Shown here piece after piece: positions 62,414 to 64,000 of a stretch of 64,000 bases of DNA. Under the pieces are notes generated by a model. The model ran no database searches, was not told where the DNA came from, and worked only from the letters and a program-made list of their open reading frames with translations. The first letter of the stretch is position 1. Every line of letters begins with the position of its first letter. The position numbers and the translations under genes are program-made. The stretch lies in IMG/VR virus record IMGVR_UViG_3300020577_002562, positions 96,001-160,000 of that record. One strand, written 5' to 3'. This DNA is from a virus. Taxonomy: Duplodnaviria; Caudoviricetes.

Positions 62414-63195
62414 CCCTCGATATGAACACGAACTTGGCGTGCTGTCTTGGACTTCTTGGCCTTCTTGACAGTCTTCACTTCGCGGGGATCAACCAACTTG
62501 GTCAGCACACGACGGTCCAACCATTTGCTCGGTACTGTATCTATGGTTGGAGGTTGATATGTCTCAGGGGACTTCTCAAGAGACTTGTGGAACGCACGCA
62601 GCTCCTTCTTGGTCATGCGAAGTTGCTCAAGTACGCTCGGTATGTTTCGTGAGCCGGGGTCGAATACTCGATCTGCTTTGATCAGAGCAACCCTCAACTT
62701 GTTGTACTGCTGCTCGGTCAGCACAGAGTTTCTATACAGGCGCGCAGTGGCTTGCTGCTTCTGCAAGCCTTCCATCGTGGAAACCAGCACAACTTGCTCA
62801 CCATCTCGGGTGATGGACACAAGTCGTCCGTGAACAATGTTTGACAGGTAGTTGTCTCCGACAACAAAGTACAGCTTCTGCCCAAACGTCAAGCCGGCAT
62901 TGTCGAACCAGGTTCGACGCATCAGCACATGGCTCAGTATCCGGCATTGCTGTGAATTGCACTCGGTCACTAACTCGGACAGTTTTACCAACGCCCCCTC
63001 GGTTACCGACTTGAGGGCGGTGACATCTGGTGCAAAGTAGTCGCATATCGGACTGTATACCTTCTTTCCGTGATCTCTGCACAGCCCAGCGTATGCCGGA
63101 TGTGCTGGACCTGTCTTGAAGTGAATACAGTCTCCGCAGCGAAGTTCGGTTCCGTGTTTACGGTCTGAGGACTTTGAATGCTCTATGAGGGCCAT
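62410..63195 (-). CDS. Hypothetical protein with N-terminal Cys cluster
   Basis: CGDCIHF...C...C. Confidence 0.6.
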   Translation of the reverse strand: MALIEHSKSSDRKHGTELRCGDCIHFKTGPAHPAYAGLCRDHGKKVYSPICDYFAPDVTALKSVTEGALVKLSELVTECNSQQCRILSHVLMRRTWFDNAGLTFGQKLYFVVGDNYLSNIVHGRLVSITRDGEQVVLVSTMEGLQKQQATARLYRNSVLTEQQYNKLRVALIKADRVFDPGSRNIPSVLEQLRMTKKELRAFHKSLEKSPETYQPPTIDTVPSKWLDRRVLTKLVDPREVKTVKKAKKSKTARQVRVHIEG

Positions 63196-63200
63196 GATCT

Positions 63201-63668
63201 CTACTTGTGGGTAGGTTGTAGAGGTGCTATCAATTGGTACGCTACGTCAATAGCATGCTCAACTGCCGCCTGCTGTGATCCGGCGTTTCTGACATGCTGA
63301 ATGGCACGCAGCTTGATACCGTAAGCAGGGGAAAGCGTTAGTGAGAGCTGAAGTGGTTTGCTTCGTTGTGAATGCGCCCAGCGCTCACGGGCCATCACAA
63401 CTACTGTGGTCAGGTATTCTAAACGTCTCCTCTCTTCTTCGTCAAGTGTCTGGAACACCCATGGTTGGGATGCTCTAGCCAAGCTATGCAACTCGGTGTG
63501 ATGAGCACCACATAGCGTTACTTGGGGACCATCGGTTCCGCCGTATGCTTCAGGTATGACATGGTGTTCGTGAAGACCGCTGCGCGAACTACAGACCCAG
63601 CAGCGATCCAGCTTGATGATTGCGGTGATAGGTGGATCAGGACCGAAGATCACGAGTTCACCCAACAC
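63201..63668 (-). CDS. HNH-fold protein
   Basis: CWVC...HEHHVIP...GG....VTLCGAHH..LH. Confidence 0.7.
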   Translation of the reverse strand: MLGELVIFGPDPPITAIIKLDRCWVCSSRSGLHEHHVIPEAYGGTDGPQVTLCGAHHTELHSLARASQPWVFQTLDEEERRRLEYLTTVVVMARERWAHSQRSKPLQLSLTLSPAYGIKLRAIQHVRNAGSQQAAVEHAIDVAYQLIAPLQPTHK

Positions 63669-63853
63669 ACACTCAAAACAGAGCCATCATACGAATTGCC
63701 TTCTACTTCCAGAGACCTTCCGTTCGACAACTCCAGTATCAAACGATACTCGTAAGCTCTTACACCTACGATAGATAACCCTAGAAGTTCTCTAGCCTCT
63801 TCTATTGTGATGGAGGACAAATCTGAGACTTCTACCGATGTTGGTTGGTTCAT
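63650..63853 (-). CDS. Hypothetical protein
   Basis: 67-aa ORF. Confidence 0.4.
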   Translation of the reverse strand: MNQPTSVEVSDLSSITIEEARELLGLSIVGVRAYEYRLILELSNGRSLEVEGNSYDGSVLSVCWVNS

Positions 63854-63859
63854 CTGCTA

Positions 63860-63946
63860 GCTGCCGTGGTGTGGAGCCATCAAAGGCCGTTGCCCCACAA
63901 TTGCCGTACCCCGTTGACGCGAGTGATGGCTCCACACCACGGCAGC
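63860..63946. repeat. Perfect 23-bp inverted repeat with 41-nt spacer
   Basis: GCTGCCGTGGTGTGGAGCCATCA (63860-63882) / TGATGGCTCCACACCACGGCAGC (63924-63946). Confidence 0.95.
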
Positions 63947-64000
63947 CTCTAGTTCAGTGCAAGTTAAATGGGAATGCCCATCCAGTAGCACCACCATGGG

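Noticed and set aside
1-64000. Stop-codon reassignment, tRNA/rRNA genes, group I/II introns
   Set aside because: Genes tile densely in the standard code with TAA, TAG and TGA all used as stops. No cloverleaf or intron-sized noncoding gaps were seen, and the gene splits are explained by intein motifs. A tRNAscan/Infernal run would be definitive.

Overview
A 64 kb segment of a large (jumbo-type) tailed dsDNA bacteriophage genome. It is densely coding, almost entirely on the minus strand, and reads in the standard code. Left to right: (1) a fibre/receptor block with a GH5-like glycosidase, a methyltransferase, a GT2 glycosyltransferase and a 1726-aa repetitive fibre; (2) SprT protease, prohead protease, portal and terminase; (3) a replication/accessory block with DnaB, loader, NADAR, dUTPase, SF2 helicase, clamp and family A DNA polymerase; (4) a giant SNF2 helicase and many small probable head-internal proteins; (5) neck/head-completion genes, RuvC and a possible sigma factor. 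Main observations: TWO fractured genes (terminase large subunit and a DExH helicase) are each split by a naturally split intein with a free-standing Zn-ribbon/PD-(D/E)XK endonuclease between the halves, and the two intein pairs have opposite charge polarity. A third copy of that endonuclease is intergenic. A candidate late promoter (CTAATTT) precedes the structural operons and all three endonucleases, and in the one co-oriented case it sits in the loop of a hairpin that buries the start codon. A candidate replication-gene promoter (GTAAAGTA) is also present. A recurring peptide tag R-L-x-x-[T/S]-A occurs on many unrelated small proteins and may be a capsid-targeting/maturation signal. I recognised no tRNA, rRNA, CRISPR array or major capsid gene. 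All calls are by-eye motif recognition; no database search was run.
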